The notes below the pieces were generated by a model that was not told the origin of the DNA, ran no database searches, and saw nothing but the letters and a program-made list of their open reading frames with translations. This document shows, piece after piece, positions 9,854 through 18,419 of a stretch of DNA of 26,953 bases. The translations under genes and the position numbers were made by a program. The number at the start of each line of letters is the position of its first letter. Position 1 is the stretch's first letter. This DNA is from a virus (Duplodnaviria; Caudoviricetes), in IMG/VR virus record IMGVR_UViG_3300035200_000334, positions 1 through 26,953 of that record; one strand, written 5' to 3'.

Positions 9854-10104
9854 GCGGGAGGTTCGCCGTCCAGGGACTCCATCAAGCTGGTGAGACGGGA
9901 GAACATGCGAAGGGGGAGGTTCCGAATGAACTCCGGGCCAACGGAGGCCCCGGTCTCATCTCGAAGCATCCCCCCTAGCATGAGGACTGCGTATTCATCC
10001 CCGGCGTTCTTGCCGCCGGAAGAGGCCAACATGTGATCGACGATACGAGGCTCCACGAGGGTGAAGGTCCGACCATCGATCTCAAGCTCCTGGGACTTGA
10101 GCAT
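9817..10104 (-). CDS. Tail assembly chaperone (gpG-like)
   Basis: Small acidic ORF after the tail tube gene; AGGAG RBS; slippery heptamer near the 3' end. Confidence 0.8.
   Translation of the reverse strand: MLKSQELEIDGRTFTLVEPRIVDHMLASSGGKNAGDEYAVLMLGGMLRDETGASVGPEFIRNLPLRMFSRLTSLMESLDGEPPAPLPSSAEASSA
9847..9853 (-). other. Programmed -1 frameshift site C CCT TTG
   Basis: X XXY YYZ in the correct phase of the gpG ORF; the -1 frame is open into the gpT ORF. Confidence 0.78.
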
Positions 10105-10117
10105 GTGCCGGTTCTCC

Positions 10118-10777
10118 TCAGGCCATCGGCGGCAGGTAGATCGGGCTTCCCGAGATCTGGAAGGATCCCGTGAACTTCACGGCCTGCTCGACGCCCTGCG
10201 GGCCGCCGGAGAAAGCCGAGACCGAGCCGACGAGGATGCCCGTCTGGCCGCCGCGCGTGCGCCAGATGAGATTCCGAATCTTGCCGTCGCGGAATGCCTT
10301 GAGGATCTCCTGCTGACCAGCGTCGGTCAGATCCAGCGGACCGCCGAAGGTCGCCGTGCCGGGGCTCGAGAGACCCGCGACATTGCGCCGCTCCAGATCG
10401 CACATCGTGGTGACGTCGATCTCGCCGGGCTTGGACGCTTCCGAGCTGAACTCGGAGAAGCACGTCTCGACCAGCGTGAGGATCCGCGCCGTGCCGACCA
10501 CGGAGCTCGGGATGGTGGCCCCCTCCGTGTCGGTGTCCAGGGTGAGCACGCCCCCCGTGGCAACGGCGGAAATCCGATGGGCAGAGGCTCGATCCAGAGC
10601 ATGAACTCCGGTGCCTTCCAGGACCACGAAGTCCCCCGCTTTCGCCGTGCTGAGCGAAGCAGCGGTGACAGACGTGGTTTTGCCCGCCGTGATGGCGGAG
10701 ATGGTCTCGGGCGTGACCGCCGTGTCGGGGATCTTCTCCAGGTAGAAGAAGGAGCCGATTGTGCTTTCGCGGGCCAT
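10118..10777 (-). CDS. Major tail tube protein
   Basis: EIDVTTMCD...AGLSSPGTATF, DAGQQEI motifs; strong AGGAGG RBS; strongly GC3-biased codons. Confidence 0.85.
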   Translation of the reverse strand: MARESTIGSFFYLEKIPDTAVTPETISAITAGKTTSVTAASLSTAKAGDFVVLEGTGVHALDRASAHRISAVATGGVLTLDTDTEGATIPSSVVGTARILTLVETCFSEFSSEASKPGEIDVTTMCDLERRNVAGLSSPGTATFGGPLDLTDAGQQEILKAFRDGKIRNLIWRTRGGQTGILVGSVSAFSGGPQGVEQAVKFTGSFQISGSPIYLPPMA

Positions 10778-10778
10778 A

Positions 10779-11201
10779 CTATGAACCTCCTCGGGTCTGA
10801 TATCTGTAGTTGAGGGTGACCGTCAAGCGATAGGCATCGCCGACGGCTTCCGGGTCCGGAACAGATGGGCCGTCCACCGAATGTATCCACAGCGACTGAT
10901 CACTATTATGCCACATCTCCCATCCTGTGACAACCAGTGAAGCAGCCCGTGCAACCTCCGTATCCGAGACCCCCGCGTAGGAGACCAGGGCGACGACCGC
11001 CACTCCAGCCTCCTCGATCCACGGGCGCGAACCCATGGTCTGGTGCTCACGGGTGACCACGTCAAAGATGAATGTTCCCCAGATCGGCTTGTCCGTATCT
11101 ACGTCCAGAACCGTTTGGTTGATCGTGGGGACATATGGAATCGCAGGCGTGATCAATGGCCATGCCTGGATCAACGATTCACGAACAAAGATGCTGCTCA
11201 T
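10779..11201 (-). CDS. Tail terminator-like protein
   Basis: 140 aa; lies just before the tail tube gene; beta-rich C-terminus YRLTVTLNYRY. Confidence 0.65.
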   Translation of the reverse strand: MSSIFVRESLIQAWPLITPAIPYVPTINQTVLDVDTDKPIWGTFIFDVVTREHQTMGSRPWIEEAGVAVVALVSYAGVSDTEVARAASLVVTGWEMWHNSDQSLWIHSVDGPSVPDPEAVGDAYRLTVTLNYRYQTRGGS

Positions 11202-11494
11202 CCGCGGACCCTCAGGATATAGACCAGACGCTGGCCTTCGGCGGTTTCCTCGTGGACTTCCTCGATCGACCGCACCGTTCCACGGATTTTGATGCGATCA
11301 AACTTGGTCGGCTTGACGGGCACATCGTCCGGGGACACATACACGATGAACGACGTCATGTCATAGTCATTGACGAGTGCGTCGTTGACCGGCAGTTGGA
11401 CGGAGGCCTGAATGTAGAGCGTGGCTCCCCCCTGGGGCGTGAGCTCCACGGGCTCCCCATACCGACGAATGAGGCTGGTGATCTCGGACTTCAT
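11198..11494 (-). CDS. Head closure / head-tail joining protein
   Basis: Start moved to ATG 11494 (MKSEITSLIRRYGEPVEL...KPTKFDRIKIRG...YILRVRG); size and position fit. Confidence 0.7.
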   Translation of the reverse strand: MKSEITSLIRRYGEPVELTPQGGATLYIQASVQLPVNDALVNDYDMTSFIVYVSPDDVPVKPTKFDRIKIRGTVRSIEEVHEETAEGQRLVYILRVRG

Positions 11495-11628
11495 GGCTGT
11501 ATTGAGCCTCTTGACCGGGGGGCCGCCACTACACGCCGGGCAGCGGGTCGGCGGAACCAAGAGCGCCAGGAGTCGCCCCAAGTTCCGCCTTCCCGAGCCC
11601 CTCCGGGTGTCCGGGCGGAGGAGTTCAT
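11491..11628 (-). CDS. 45-aa small ORF bridging adaptor and closure genes (overlaps a structured RNA candidate)
   Basis: TGATG overlap at the start and ATGA overlap at the end; MNSSARTPGGAREGGTWGDSWRSWFRRPAARRVVAAPRSRGSIQP. Confidence 0.4.
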   Translation of the reverse strand: MNSSARTPGGAREGGTWGDSWRSWFRRPAARRVVAAPRSRGSIQP

Positions 11629-12224
11629 CACGGCGTGGCAACCAGACGACGGGGATGGACATACATGTCCAGGACGCCCGCATACTGTTTGAGCGCCGGA
11701 CCGGAAACCGCGCTCCCGGCGCTCTGCTGGTTGACCGTGGCCGACACGGCATAGTCCACCTTGAGCGTGCCCACGGTGACACCCTTGGTCTGCGGCCGGA
11801 GATCGCCCATCGACGGAAGCTCCACGCCCATGGACATCAGCTGACGCTTGCTCAGATCGAGGAGGACGGCCACGATGTCCGCAGGCATCTGCTCGTATCC
11901 TGCGGTGTAGGTGACAGACACCTCGTTGAAACCCCCCAGGGAGCCGTTCATCTTCACGATGCCCGTGTCACGGAACAGCGTGTGGCCGAAGCCGATTGCA
12001 GGGGTGAAAGACTCCACCTGGGCCACGGGGAACTCGCCCAGGTCCAGCGTGTAGCACGGTCCGCGAAAGATCTCGGTATATCGCCCATAGACCAGCCGTC
12101 GCCCCGTATAGTCCTGGATGAGCTGAGAGGCTACCTCCAGGGCGAACTGGATCGGGGCGTCGTAGAGACCGTCCGCCACCCCTAGAAGGGACTTCAGCCG
12201 CTCGACTGTGATCAGCGTGCTCAT
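11628..12224 (-). CDS. Head-tail adaptor (gp6/gp15-like)
   Basis: LITVERLKSLL, ASQLIQDYTGR, VTYTAGYEQMPADI; TAAGGA RBS. Confidence 0.85.
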   Translation of the reverse strand: MSTLITVERLKSLLGVADGLYDAPIQFALEVASQLIQDYTGRRLVYGRYTEIFRGPCYTLDLGEFPVAQVESFTPAIGFGHTLFRDTGIVKMNGSLGGFNEVSVTYTAGYEQMPADIVAVLLDLSKRQLMSMGVELPSMGDLRPQTKGVTVGTLKVDYAVSATVNQQSAGSAVSGPALKQYAGVLDMYVHPRRLVATP

Positions 12225-12258
12225 GCGGGCAGTTCCTTATGGAAGAAAGCGATAGTCA

Positions 12259-13356
12259 TCACGGAGTCTCCAGAACGGCGATTCGCGCTTCAAGCGCGTC
12301 GATTCTGGCGATGAGCGCGGTCAGCGGATCAACCGGCCCCCACTGACCATCGGCTGTCGCCCCGAGTAGACTTCCCGTGGTCGCCGTGTCTGCCGCATCG
12401 GCGATATTCTTCAAGTTGCCGAGCGTGAGGCTGGAACCGGCAGGCGTCGGGTCAGCAACCTTATCCACGACAAGCACGGGATGCGCGGGGTCGGCGTCAT
12501 CTCGATGCACGGTAAGAATGGACTGGCGCCGAATCCACTCCTTCAGTGTAGAACCCATCACGTCCGAACCCTGCGCTGTCCGCACGTGACCCAGCGAACC
12601 GCCAAAGTCCGTCCAGACAGCGGGACTTCCAGGAATATCAGAAAGAGTGGGATAGACTTCTCCCCCCGGACCAGCCGTTGTCGCCAGCGTGATATCGATG
12701 GTGCCCGAAGCAGGGGGATTCAAAACTCGGATGAACCCTCCTCCGTAGTTGTCCACGGTGACGTGAGCATCCGCGGTCGGCGGCTCTGGCGTATGCTCCA
12801 GCGCAGCGACGCGAGTGTCGACCTCGGAAATGTAGGTCACCAGATCGGTGTGCGCTACGACCGCCGCCGCCGAGCCGATTTCTCGGTCCAGGCGAAAGAC
12901 AATGGAGCTCATGTCCATCACCGCTTTCTTATCGGTGTTGGTCATGAGACCCGACTCATTCAGATTCGCTGTCGGCAGAATGACATCTGCGCCCGTGCTG
13001 CTGCTGAGAGTGCGCGTCGCGGCAGCATAGGATAGATCCGTTCCAATGCCGACGCCCGGAGGTCCCGCTTCACCCTGCGGACCCTGCGGACCCTGCGGTC
13101 CAACTTCACCCTGGGGACCGGCTGGACCCATCTCCCCCTGCGGTCCAGCCGGTCCGACCTCACCCTGCGGTCCAGGGGAGCCTGCGCCAAGATTCTCCAG
13201 AACAAAGCCCCGAGTGGCAGCCTGATCATCCTCGGTCGGCGGCCCGGAAAGGCGAAGCGGCCCCGTCATGGGCTTGGCACCGTCCAGGCGAACATACTCC
13301 GCATCCGCAGTCGGCGGAAGAGGAAGGCCGGTTACGATCTCGCCCATGCTCGACAT
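12259..13356 (-). CDS. Collagen-like fibre protein (putative head/neck appendage)
   Basis: 15 G-X-Y triplets; fibre motifs YVRLDG..MTGPLRL..PT...AAT..V and GLMTNTDKK; C-terminal coiled coil; start moved to 13356 (GAGG RBS). Confidence 0.75.
   Translation of the reverse strand: MSSMGEIVTGLPLPPTADAEYVRLDGAKPMTGPLRLSGPPTEDDQAATRGFVLENLGAGSPGPQGEVGPAGPQGEMGPAGPQGEVGPQGPQGPQGEAGPPGVGIGTDLSYAAATRTLSSSTGADVILPTANLNESGLMTNTDKKAVMDMSSIVFRLDREIGSAAAVVAHTDLVTYISEVDTRVAALEHTPEPPTADAHVTVDNYGGGFIRVLNPPASGTIDITLATTAGPGGEVYPTLSDIPGSPAVWTDFGGSLGHVRTAQGSDVMGSTLKEWIRRQSILTVHRDDADPAHPVLVVDKVADPTPAGSSLTLGNLKNIADAADTATTGSLLGATADGQWGPVDPLTALIARIDALEARIAVLETP
13048..13182 (-). repeat. Collagen G-X-Y tract (15 triplets)
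   Basis: [18 protein letters not shown] ... GPP GVG; 9-bp DNA repeats. Confidence 0.9.
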
Positions 13357-13360
13357 GATA

Positions 13361-13672
13361 TCAGCGCCTCGCCGCCCGCTGGTTCTCACCAATCGCCCGG
13401 ATCACATCCGCCGGGGGGATGCCGTTCGGGCACGAATTGATGACCAGCCGGGCGTTCCCCCCGCGTGCCGCCGTCACCAGAAGCCCGTGGGAAGACAGCA
13501 TGGTGACGACATCCTGGAGCGCCGCCACCTGATTGGGGTTGGTCGGGCAGGCGATCACAGTCAGTGAAGTCGTGGCCCCGGAACCTGCCAGGACCAGAGG
13601 ACTTCCAAGCTGCGAGCTTCCGACTTCCGCGCAGCCTGCGAGAAGCAGGAGTGGGGTGATTCTCCAAATCAT
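13361..13672 (-). CDS. Lipoprotein of unknown function
   Basis: [14 protein letters not shown] lipobox; GGAG RBS; ATGA overlap with the upstream gene. Confidence 0.7.
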   Translation of the reverse strand: MIWRITPLLLLAGCAEVGSSQLGSPLVLAGSGATTSLTVIACPTNPNQVAALQDVVTMLSSHGLLVTAARGGNARLVINSCPNGIPPADVIRAIGENQRAARR

Positions 13673-14844
13673 ACCTGGATCTCCACGTGTTGGACCGAAC
13701 CATCGGTCAGTTCAAACAGAAGAACGGTTCCCTCGAGAGTGACGCTCTTGATGCCGTTCCCGTCACGGCCATCTGCGCCACGCTCGCCGCGCTCTCCTTG
13801 ATCACCCTTCTCGCCCCGCTGGCCAGGGCGTCCCTGCTTCGCCATGAGCGCCCACGCCGGACCTTCGCCTGGGGGCACGTTCTGAGAGAAGCTCGCGCAA
13901 CAGAACCAGGAGGCTCCATTCCAGGCCACCGCATCACCCGTCTCATACTCGCGCGACGGATCGTAGGTTCCGCACCAGATCAGCGCGGGCACTTGGAAAT
14001 GGACTTCCTCCGTGTGCCCATCCGAGAGCTCAACCCGGAAAACCACGTCTCTGGGAGTATCGCCGGTTCCAGCCTCTACCGAAAACACCCCCCGGGAGAC
14101 GCTGCGCCACCGATCATCGTGGGCGGGCTCGGTTCCCTCGGGGTCCGCCACCGCGACAAAGGCGCCGCCACGATGAGCCACAATCGTGGAGGCAGGCAGC
14201 GGGCCAATGCCCGGCGCCCAGGTCTTAACCCCTCCAAAATGGCCATCTCTGCCCTGAAGACCTTCGGGACCCGGCGGTCCTGGGGGTCCGGAAGGTCCCT
14301 CCATGCCTCGTTCACCGGGCGGGCCGGGCGGCCCATCGCGGCCCCGTTCGCCCTCTAGGCCGGGCTCTCCGCGTTCACCCCGGAAACCACGCTCACCCTG
14401 CGGTCCCCGTTCGCCCTGCGGTCCGGGATCACCGGGCACCCCCCGCTCACCCTGCGGTCCCATCGGGCCACGCTCGCCGATCGGGCCACGCTCGCCCTGC
14501 GGGCCGTCCTGCAGAGAAGACAGTCGCTCGCGGGTCTCGACGATCAGCCGATCCAGCTCGGAGGTGCGACGAATCATGCCCTGGGCATCAGCCAGCCGCG
14601 CCTCCAGGAGCGCCCGCTGGGTCAGGTCTCGACTTTCGTCGATCTGCTGACGCAGGCTGGCGACGTGGTCGGTGACCATGCCCTTGAAGGTATCCTCCAT
14701 CTGGGAGAGGAGGCCCCGCCCTTCGTTGATCTGCTGCACCAGGGGGGCGATACCCGACTGGATTTCAGCGATCGCGGCCGCGACCTTTTCCTGTATGAAA
14801 CGCTGAGTGGACTCCAGAAGAGCCCGCTCCCTTTCACTGAGCAT
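13669..14844 (-). CDS. Portal-adjacent coiled-coil/collagen protein with aromatic (CBM5/12-like) repeats
   Basis: N-terminal coiled coil; 29-30 plus 9 G-X-Y triplets; [24 protein letters not shown] and IVAHRGGAF repeats. Confidence 0.78.
   Translation of the reverse strand: MLSERERALLESTQRFIQEKVAAAIAEIQSGIAPLVQQINEGRGLLSQMEDTFKGMVTDHVASLRQQIDESRDLTQRALLEARLADAQGMIRRTSELDRLIVETRERLSSLQDGPQGERGPIGERGPMGPQGERGVPGDPGPQGERGPQGERGFRGERGEPGLEGERGRDGPPGPPGERGMEGPSGPPGPPGPEGLQGRDGHFGGVKTWAPGIGPLPASTIVAHRGGAFVAVADPEGTEPAHDDRWRSVSRGVFSVEAGTGDTPRDVVFRVELSDGHTEEVHFQVPALIWCGTYDPSREYETGDAVAWNGASWFCCASFSQNVPPGEGPAWALMAKQGRPGQRGEKGDQGERGERGADGRDGNGIKSVTLEGTVLLFELTDGSVQHVEIQV
14245..14505 (-). repeat. Collagen G-X-Y tract (29 triplets)
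   Basis: [15 protein letters not shown] ... GLQ GRD. Confidence 0.9.
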
Positions 14845-16225
14845 TGGAGGAGCTCCTCAGATAAGAGTCGAATTCACGAACCATTTCTTCGTAGGACTGC
14901 TCGCCGCCCGGTTCTTCCTCATCCGTATCCTCGGGCTCTTCCTCGTCATCGTCCGGTTCTTCGTGTTCCGGGGCGGCGGGGGCAGACGGGGTAGACGGAG
15001 CGGAAGGAACCGCTTGGCCAGAGGCATAGGAGAGCGGAACCACCTGCGCCTGAACGCGAGGCTCATCGCCAAACGGCACCGGAGGCAGACCTTCGCGGAC
15101 ACGCGCCTCGTTCGGGGCGAAGACGCCCCCCTGGACGCCGCGCACCAGACCCTCGATTCGCGTCTTGAAGTCCGTGCGAAGAAGCTGGTCCACATCGAAG
15201 GCGATGAACTCATCAGCAGGCAAGCCGAACAGGGAGTCCAACGCGAGCTCCACATGCTCCAGCATGAAACCGAGGCCGGTGCTCAGCCAGTGATTGACCA
15301 GGGTCTCAGTGGAGGAGTAGGTCGAGCCCGTCATGTCGCCGACGATGGCCAGCGGCACTCGGTAGACGCGGGCGATGTCTCCGACAGTCATCTTGTAGGA
15401 CTCGATCAGCTGAGCGTCCACCGAACTGATCGCGAGTTGCTTCCAGTCCACTCCGCCCTGGAGCACGGCCACGCGGCCCGACCCTCCGCTGGAGTAGGCG
15501 GTCTGCCACTCGTCGCGAAGCTTATCGGTCACTTCCTTCTTCAGCGTGCCGGGCACGGACAGAAAGCCCGAGGGGCGAGTCATGTTCTGGAAAAAGTTGG
15601 ACATGTGACCGACGACCGCATTGCCCGCAGTCACCGAAAGAGCTGCGGCCGTGATGGGGCTCTCGCCGATCAGCGGGTGGCGCGGCGTGTTCATGCGAAG
15701 ATGGAGGACGTAGTTGTCCGGCCAGAAGGATTCGATGGGAGGATCAGGCGTCAGATCCCCCCTGGCAAAGCTGTAGAAGATCGAGCCGTCTTCCGCGACA
15801 TACGGCGTTCCCGCATTCGGCGGGCAGAGGTGAAGACTGTCGATCTCGCTGCGGTTGTTCCTGGTCGCAACGGCGTAGCCATTCCCCGTCAGCAGTTCGC
15901 TGCGAAGAAGATTCATGACAAAGTCGGCGCGCGTCTGGTAAGCGTTCGGTCGGCGCAGAACTCGCGAAGCCGCGCTGTTCTTCACCCGGACCTGCTCGCC
16001 CGACTCCTTCTCTCGCCAGTGGTAGATGGGGAGGGATGCGATGGTCTGCGAAATCGCGCCCACGCAAGCCTCGACGGCGGCGTTCCCTTCGGAAAAGGGA
16101 AGTCGCATTCCCTGCTGCCACCAGTTGATCGGCCAGGATGCCGGGGGAACGAACCCTCCGGATCCCGGGGCATAGTTTCCCCTGAGGACCGAAACGGCTG
16201 CTCCAAGTCGGCTCAGGATACCCAT
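14834..16225 (-). CDS. Portal protein, HK97 family
   Basis: [57 protein letters not shown]; acidic C-terminal tail. Confidence 0.95.
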   Translation of the reverse strand: MGILSRLGAAVSVLRGNYAPGSGGFVPPASWPINWWQQGMRLPFSEGNAAVEACVGAISQTIASLPIYHWREKESGEQVRVKNSAASRVLRRPNAYQTRADFVMNLLRSELLTGNGYAVATRNNRSEIDSLHLCPPNAGTPYVAEDGSIFYSFARGDLTPDPPIESFWPDNYVLHLRMNTPRHPLIGESPITAAALSVTAGNAVVGHMSNFFQNMTRPSGFLSVPGTLKKEVTDKLRDEWQTAYSSGGSGRVAVLQGGVDWKQLAISSVDAQLIESYKMTVGDIARVYRVPLAIVGDMTGSTYSSTETLVNHWLSTGLGFMLEHVELALDSLFGLPADEFIAFDVDQLLRTDFKTRIEGLVRGVQGGVFAPNEARVREGLPPVPFGDEPRVQAQVVPLSYASGQAVPSAPSTPSAPAAPEHEEPDDDEEEPEDTDEEEPGGEQSYEEMVREFDSYLRSSSNAQ

Positions 16226-16229
16226 GACC

Positions 16230-16409
16230 TCAGCTCCCCTTCGGGGCCTGGGGGTTGATACGGACCCGACGCGGCTGGCGCGGCTCGGGATTCATCATCG
16301 CCCGGTGCATGTAGACAGAAGGCGTGTCGTCCTTCTTCTGCTGTTCCAGGGCACGATCAAGGCGGGTTGGATCTTCCAACTCCTTGATCCAATCGGGCTG
16401 CGGGTTCAT
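16230..16409 (-). CDS. 59-aa hypothetical protein between the array and the portal
   Basis: ATGA-coupled to the upstream ORF; stops 4 nt before the portal ATG; MNPQPDWIKELEDPTRLDRALEQQKKDDTPSVYMHRAMMNPEPRQPRRVRINPQAPKGS; below the track cutoff. Confidence 0.65.
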   Translation of the reverse strand: MNPQPDWIKELEDPTRLDRALEQQKKDDTPSVYMHRAMMNPEPRQPRRVRINPQAPKGS

Positions 16410-16552
16410 GCTGCGACCACCGTGACGCTGTTGGAGCGAACCGTTGTGGAGCCCCCCGCAACGATGCGGCTGATCAAGGATTTGTCCGACTGATCGGACT
16501 CCTCCAGGAGCCAGCGCGGCGGAGGCAGAATGCCGGGGAGGGTTTGGGACAC
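16406..16552 (-). CDS. Array member 4: 48-aa minimal/relic paralog
   Basis: TAAGGA RBS and GTG; MSQTLPGILPPPRWLLEESDQSDKSLISRIVAGGSTTVRSNSVTVVAA; below the track cutoff. Confidence 0.7.
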   Translation of the reverse strand: MSQTLPGILPPPRWLLEESDQSDKSLISRIVAGGSTTVRSNSVTVVAA

Positions 16553-16564
16553 GATGGTTGATCC

Positions 16565-17272
16565 TTATGCCGCAACGATGGGGCCGTATGCCGCGGACTT
16601 GATGGAGGTCGTGCCAAGGGCGTTCGTCGCGTCAACGCGCAGACGATAATAGCCCCCCGTGTCTCCCGAGCCGATGGCCTGCTGAACCTCCCCCGTGTCG
16701 ACGTAGTTCTCGTCGTCCTCCAATTCGGCGAGGGTGCCAAATCCCCAGAGGTAGGTGAGTGTCGCAGCAGGATCATCCCACACGTTGGTCCCCGCCCTGA
16801 TGGTGATGGGACCCGGAGTGACAAGAGTGCCCTCCAGCACGGGCGGAGTGACGCAAACCGGAGCATGGGTGGCCGGGCGGGGAACGACCGGACCAATGGC
16901 GGGAATTCGCAGGTCTGCGTATCCAGCGCCGTTCTGGATTTCCACATAAAGCCCGATGCGCTTGCCGACCATGGCCTGCGTCAACAGCAGAGTGGCGACC
17001 CCATTCACCCCCACGTTCGCATTGTCCGCAGTCCACTGGAGATTGATATCTCCCAGGGGAATATCGGTGGGAAGCCACACGACATCGGCGGTCAGCGTTT
17101 CACCAACCATCGGGGTGCCGAGGATTGACGACCGAACAAAGACCGGCTTGTCCCCCGGCTTTGGCATCGTGCCAAACGGGAGCAGCGATGCGATGCCCAT
17201 GATCTCGCGTCCTGCGGCCATATCCAGCAGCCAGTCGGGCGGGGGAACAACGCCGGGAATGTCTTGGGGCAC
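16565..17272 (-). CDS. Array member 3: tag plus two Ig-like domains (putative capsid decoration)
   Basis: MPQDIPGVVPPPDWL...LPFG tag; ILGTPMVGETLTA..QW..D and PVCVTPPVL...TYLW...VDATNALG Ig-like patterns. Confidence 0.72.
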   Translation of the reverse strand: MPQDIPGVVPPPDWLLDMAAGREIMGIASLLPFGTMPKPGDKPVFVRSSILGTPMVGETLTADVVWLPTDIPLGDINLQWTADNANVGVNGVATLLLTQAMVGKRIGLYVEIQNGAGYADLRIPAIGPVVPRPATHAPVCVTPPVLEGTLVTPGPITIRAGTNVWDDPAATLTYLWGFGTLAELEDDENYVDTGEVQQAIGSGDTGGYYRLRVDATNALGTTSIKSAAYGPIVAA

Positions 17273-17284
17273 GATTGCTGATCC

Positions 17285-17950
17285 TTATGCCGGAGGCGTC
17301 ATTGGAACGGTGACGGTATGCTGAACAGGCGTGCCGCCCTCGGGCGTGCACGTGATCGTGTAGTCGCCGTCGGCGCCGTAGGACCACTGTGCGAAGGTGG
17401 CGCCCGGAAAACCTGTGTCTTCGCTGTCCGGTTCGCCCCAATTCGTGGTGATGGCTTTACCCGCCGGAGGATTGACGAACGTGATCCTCACGTCGCGCGC
17501 GTTCGCGCCCTTCGCGGCGGTGAAGTCAAACGGGGGACGTCCCAGGAAGCAGTTCACGACATAGACGGGCCCCCCGTTGGAGGGGGACACTACCGCCGTG
17601 ACTGCCTCGCCGCCGGTGACTCCGGTTATATAGTTCCAGTTCCGATAGGGACCATCGTCCCCGGGAGTAAAGGAGTCCTGTGAAAAACCCGTGCCGGGCG
17701 GATAAACGCCTTCGGGAGCCACGACTCCCGGATCTCCCCAATAGATGTCATACATCGTGCCCGGAGGACCACCGTCGACAAAGAGGAAGACTTCGCTCCA
17801 TCGGGCAGGGTTGACTTCCATCCGCACAGACAGGGGCGGAGGCAGCGCGCCGAATGGCAGCGCAGCGGACACCGCATCCAGATACGAGGAGTCGGTCATG
17901 TCCGTCAGCCACGCGGGCGGGGGAATGATGCCGGGGATGGACTGGGGCAT
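17285..17950 (-). CDS. Array member 2: tag plus beta domain plus PKD-like domain (putative capsid decoration)
   Basis: MPQSIPGIIPPPAWL...LPFG tag; YDIYWGD; NWGE...WSYGADGDYTIT PKD-like motif. Confidence 0.72.
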   Translation of the reverse strand: MPQSIPGIIPPPAWLTDMTDSSYLDAVSAALPFGALPPPLSVRMEVNPARWSEVFLFVDGGPPGTMYDIYWGDPGVVAPEGVYPPGTGFSQDSFTPGDDGPYRNWNYITGVTGGEAVTAVVSPSNGGPVYVVNCFLGRPPFDFTAAKGANARDVRITFVNPPAGKAITTNWGEPDSEDTGFPGATFAQWSYGADGDYTITCTPEGGTPVQHTVTVPMTPPA

Positions 17951-17962
17951 GGTGGCTGATCC

Positions 17963-18394
17963 TTATGCCGGGGGCTGGCCGAGGACAACAGAGGCCGTCA
18001 GCGTCTTGCCTCCCGCGGAAGGTGTGACCAGAACATTCACTGTCTCACCCCCGGTGGCGGTCCCCGTGAGGTCCCGAGTCCGCAGGGATCCGTCGTATTC
18101 AGCACCCGGAGTGTATTCATCCAGAGAAAATCCCGCGCCCGGGGGATACACCCCAACAGGAATGGGGACACCCGGGTCTCCCCAATAAATGTCGTATTGG
18201 GTGCCGGGAGGCCCTCCGCCGATTTGCAGCACCAGACTATCCCACTTCATGGGATGAGCCATCATCTTGATGAAAACCGGGGGATAGACTTCTCCGAACG
18301 GCAGGGCGGCCAACACTCCATCGAGATACGAGGGGTCGGTCATGTCCGTCAGCCACGCGGGCGGGGGGATGATGCCGGGGATAGACTGGGACAT
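17963..18394 (-). CDS. Array member 1: tag plus one beta domain (putative capsid decoration)
   Basis: MSQSIPGIIPPPAWL...LPFG tag; GGPPGTQYDIYWGDPG shared with member 2; GGAG RBS; directly after the capsid gene. Confidence 0.72.
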   Translation of the reverse strand: MSQSIPGIIPPPAWLTDMTDPSYLDGVLAALPFGEVYPPVFIKMMAHPMKWDSLVLQIGGGPPGTQYDIYWGDPGVPIPVGVYPPGAGFSLDEYTPGAEYDGSLRTRDLTGTATGGETVNVLVTPSAGGKTLTASVVLGQPPA

Positions 18395-18419
18395 AGGCTC
18401 GTCTCCGAACAGCGAGAGG

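Larger units (their letters stand above)
16559..17970 (-). repeat. Three identical 14-bp gene junctions CGGCATAAGGATCA (16559-16572, 17279-17292, 17957-17970)
   Basis: Read directly; each copy holds the last Ala codon, the TAA stop and the next gene's RBS. Confidence 0.92.

Noticed and set aside
11590-11632. Hammerhead-like TGATGA followed by a stem
   Set aside because: The core reads GUGAUGA rather than CUGAUGA, and there is no correctly placed GAAA.
16559-17970. Junction repeats as a CRISPR array or integron attC sites
   Set aside because: Spacing is 678-720 bp of coding sequence, the repeats are not palindromic, and no cas or integrase gene is present.
17891-18367. Member 1/member 2 similarity as a DGR template/variable repeat pair
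   Set aside because: Mismatches are C/T and C/G, mostly synonymous and not adenine-specific; both copies are N-terminal coding sequence; no reverse transcriptase in the window.
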